Of a stretch of DNA of 64,000 bases, positions 62,179 to 64,000 are shown piece after piece. Below the pieces are notes generated by a model. It saw nothing but the letters and a program-made list of their open reading frames with translations, ran no database searches and was not told the origin of the DNA. Numbering within the stretch: the first letter of the stretch is position 1; every line of letters starts with the position of its first letter. Both the position numbers and the translations under genes were made by a program. The DNA is taken from the NCBI GenBank assembly GCA_963744145.1, contig CAVUSO010000001.1, forward strand, positions 3,776,001-3,840,000. The letters run 5' to 3'. This DNA is from an uncultured cyanobacterium. Lineage in GTDB: Bacteria > Cyanobacteriota > Cyanobacteriia > Cyanobacteriales > CAWUOF01.

Positions 62179-63765
62179 TTAATGAGCAACAGTACCTCCG
62201 GCTGGTTTTACCTTTTTGAAAAATAAAATAGCTAACCCACTGAGTAATAAAGCCCAAGCGACAAAATAAAAACAATCGTTAAATGCCATCAAATAAGATT
62301 GAAGACGGACTTGATTACTAATCGCAGCGATCGCTTGATTTTGCGCTGTCGCTAGATCCGTACCTTTACTGATAAAAAACTGAGTCATTTGCTGAATTTG
62401 CTGCTGGGCGATCGGATTATACAGAGAAATCGCTTCACCCAAACGATTAGAATGAAATTGTTGTCTTTGGGTTAGTAAAGTAGCTAGAGCCGCGATCCCC
62501 ATTGATCCTCCCATATTACGCATCATATTAAACAAACCAGAAGCAGAACCAGCTACGGCTGGACTTAAATCCGCAGTCGCGATCGAAGTTAAGGGAACCA
62601 TAATTAAAGGTTGTCCCATCGCTCGCACAATTTGGGAAAATCGGAGTTGATCTAACCCACTATCGGGACTCATCCCCGAATTCATAAAAGCACTTAAAGC
62701 AAACAAGCTGACACCAACAGCAATCATGATGCGGATATCAAAACGCTGCATCATTTTTGGCACTAAGGGAATAATAAATAATTGTGGCATTCCAGCCCAA
62801 ACTAACACTTCCCCAATTTGCATGGCATTATATCCCTGAATCTGAGATAAATAGAGGGGCAAAATATATACGGAACCATATAACCCCACTCCCACAGAGA
62901 TATTAACAATACTAGCTAATCCAAAATTCCGATGCCCTAAGATCCGTAAATTAATAAACGGATGTTTGCGAGTAAATTCAATTACTAAAAAGATCGAGAG
63001 AAAAATTACAGCAGTTACAGTTAACCAACAAATTAAATCCGAACTAAACCAATCCTTGCGACTACCTTCTTCTAAAACTACCTGTAAAGAACTCAAGCCG
63101 ATCGCCATGGTAATAATCCCACCCCAGTCACCTTGTTTAAGGAGATGCAATTGTGGTTGTTCAACTTTAATACCGTAGAACACAAAAGCGAGCATGAGTA
63201 ATCCTGGTAAGAAATTTAGATAGAAAATATATTGCCAACCATAGTTGTCCGTCAACCATCCTCCTAAAGTCGGTCCGATCGAAGGAGCAAAAGTAGCAGT
63301 AATCCCAAACATCGCTAAACCGATCGGTTGTTTGGCTGGAGGTAAGGAGGTGATCACTACGGTAAAAGACATGGGGATTAATATTCCACCAGTAAATCCT
63401 TGTAAAGCACGAAATAGAATCATGGAATTCAAATCCCATGACCAAGCGCAACAGATGGAAAATAGGATAAAAAAGGTTGCATTCACTAGCAGATACAGAC
63501 GCTTAGAGAAAACTTGTGATAACCATCCACTGAGGGGAATTACCACAATTTCAGCGACTAAATAAGCAGTTGAGATCCAAGACCCTTCTTCTAAGGTAGC
63601 TCCCAAAGCAGCTTGGATATCTTTGAGAGACGAGTTAGTAATCTGGATATCAAGTACAGCCATAAACGCACCAATCATGGTGCCCATGATCCCGATCCAG
63701 GTTCTCAGAGAAACATGATCTGCTGAAGGTTTCTGTTCTAGGTTGTTAATTGTTGGAGTATTCAT
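62179..63765 (-). CDS. DHA2 (EmrB/QacA) MFS transporter
   Basis: LDIQI, WISTAYL, FRALQG, GPTLGGWL, WQYIFYLN. Confidence 0.92.
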   Translation of the reverse strand: MNTPTINNLEQKPSADHVSLRTWIGIMGTMIGAFMAVLDIQITNSSLKDIQAALGATLEEGSWISTAYLVAEIVVIPLSGWLSQVFSKRLYLLVNATFFILFSICCAWSWDLNSMILFRALQGFTGGILIPMSFTVVITSLPPAKQPIGLAMFGITATFAPSIGPTLGGWLTDNYGWQYIFYLNFLPGLLMLAFVFYGIKVEQPQLHLLKQGDWGGIITMAIGLSSLQVVLEEGSRKDWFSSDLICWLTVTAVIFLSIFLVIEFTRKHPFINLRILGHRNFGLASIVNISVGVGLYGSVYILPLYLSQIQGYNAMQIGEVLVWAGMPQLFIIPLVPKMMQRFDIRIMIAVGVSLFALSAFMNSGMSPDSGLDQLRFSQIVRAMGQPLIMVPLTSIATADLSPAVAGSASGLFNMMRNMGGSMGIAALATLLTQRQQFHSNRLGEAISLYNPIAQQQIQQMTQFFISKGTDLATAQNQAIAAISNQVRLQSYLMAFNDCFYFVAWALLLSGLAILFFKKVKPAGGTVAH

Positions 63766-63793
63766 CGGTAACGCTTCACTTCTCTATTCCAAT

Positions 63794-64000
63794 TTAGCGC
63801 GATTGCAAAATTGGTTCAAGCAAGAGAGTAATAGCATGATCATCAAATTGGTTAGCCAGCTCCATAATATGAGCAATAAACGGTTGATATTCTTGATTCA
63901 ACTGTTCTAAGCGACTAGCTTCACTTTTAACCTTAGCTATATCACCAATCCGACTGGATTGGTAGATTTGAGTGAGTTCTGCGGCTGGGGGAAAGATCAT
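63794..64000 (-). CDS. 3' end of a hybrid histidine kinase (partial)
   Basis: IFPPAAEL.QIYQ..RIGD...LEQLN.EY.PF is similar to the C-terminal tail of the 35108-36964 product. Confidence 0.8.
   Translation of the reverse strand: MIFPPAAELTQIYQSSRIGDIAKVKSEASRLEQLNQEYQPFIAHIMELANQFDDHAITLLLEPILQSR

Noticed and set aside
2138..63565. Many short ORFs nested in or antisense to long genes (e.g. 7990-8319, 24655-24963, 56691-57122, 63245-63565)
   Set aside because: Shadow frames of well-supported genes with no motifs of their own

Overview
Cyanobacterial chromosomal segment: frequent HIP1 GCGATCGC octamers plus chlI, ycf65/PSRP-3 and gap2. Housekeeping genes (cobH, dapB, chlI, obgE, ruvB, proS, accB, efp, thiL, gap2, murC, murB, ybaB) alternate with four accessory zones. 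(1) 1-5.5 kb: a probable defence island with a Type ISP/IIG-like m6A methyltransferase-specificity protein lacking an obvious nuclease motif, an uncalled partial PLD/helicase-like ORF, parD plus a truncated parE, two MITEs and a 64-bp tandem array. (2) 12.1-14.3 kb: small ORFs between a duplicated Uma2 5' end. (3) 20-33.5 kb: a Wzm/Wzt-dependent glycan locus with two sulfotransferases, two methyltransferases, a heptad-repeat coiled coil and a TPR O-GlcNAc-transferase-like gene. (4) 37-41.8 kb: nested mobile elements. Here an IscB/omegaRNA (HEARO) element with TGGAA-free, TGGAC-repeat inverted ends has inserted without changing the last codons of a histidine kinase gene; it is broken by an IS630 and a 1-bp insertion and lies next to an intact IS4/IS701-like element. 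No rRNA, tRNA or CRISPR array was seen. All family assignments are by motif recognition, not database search.
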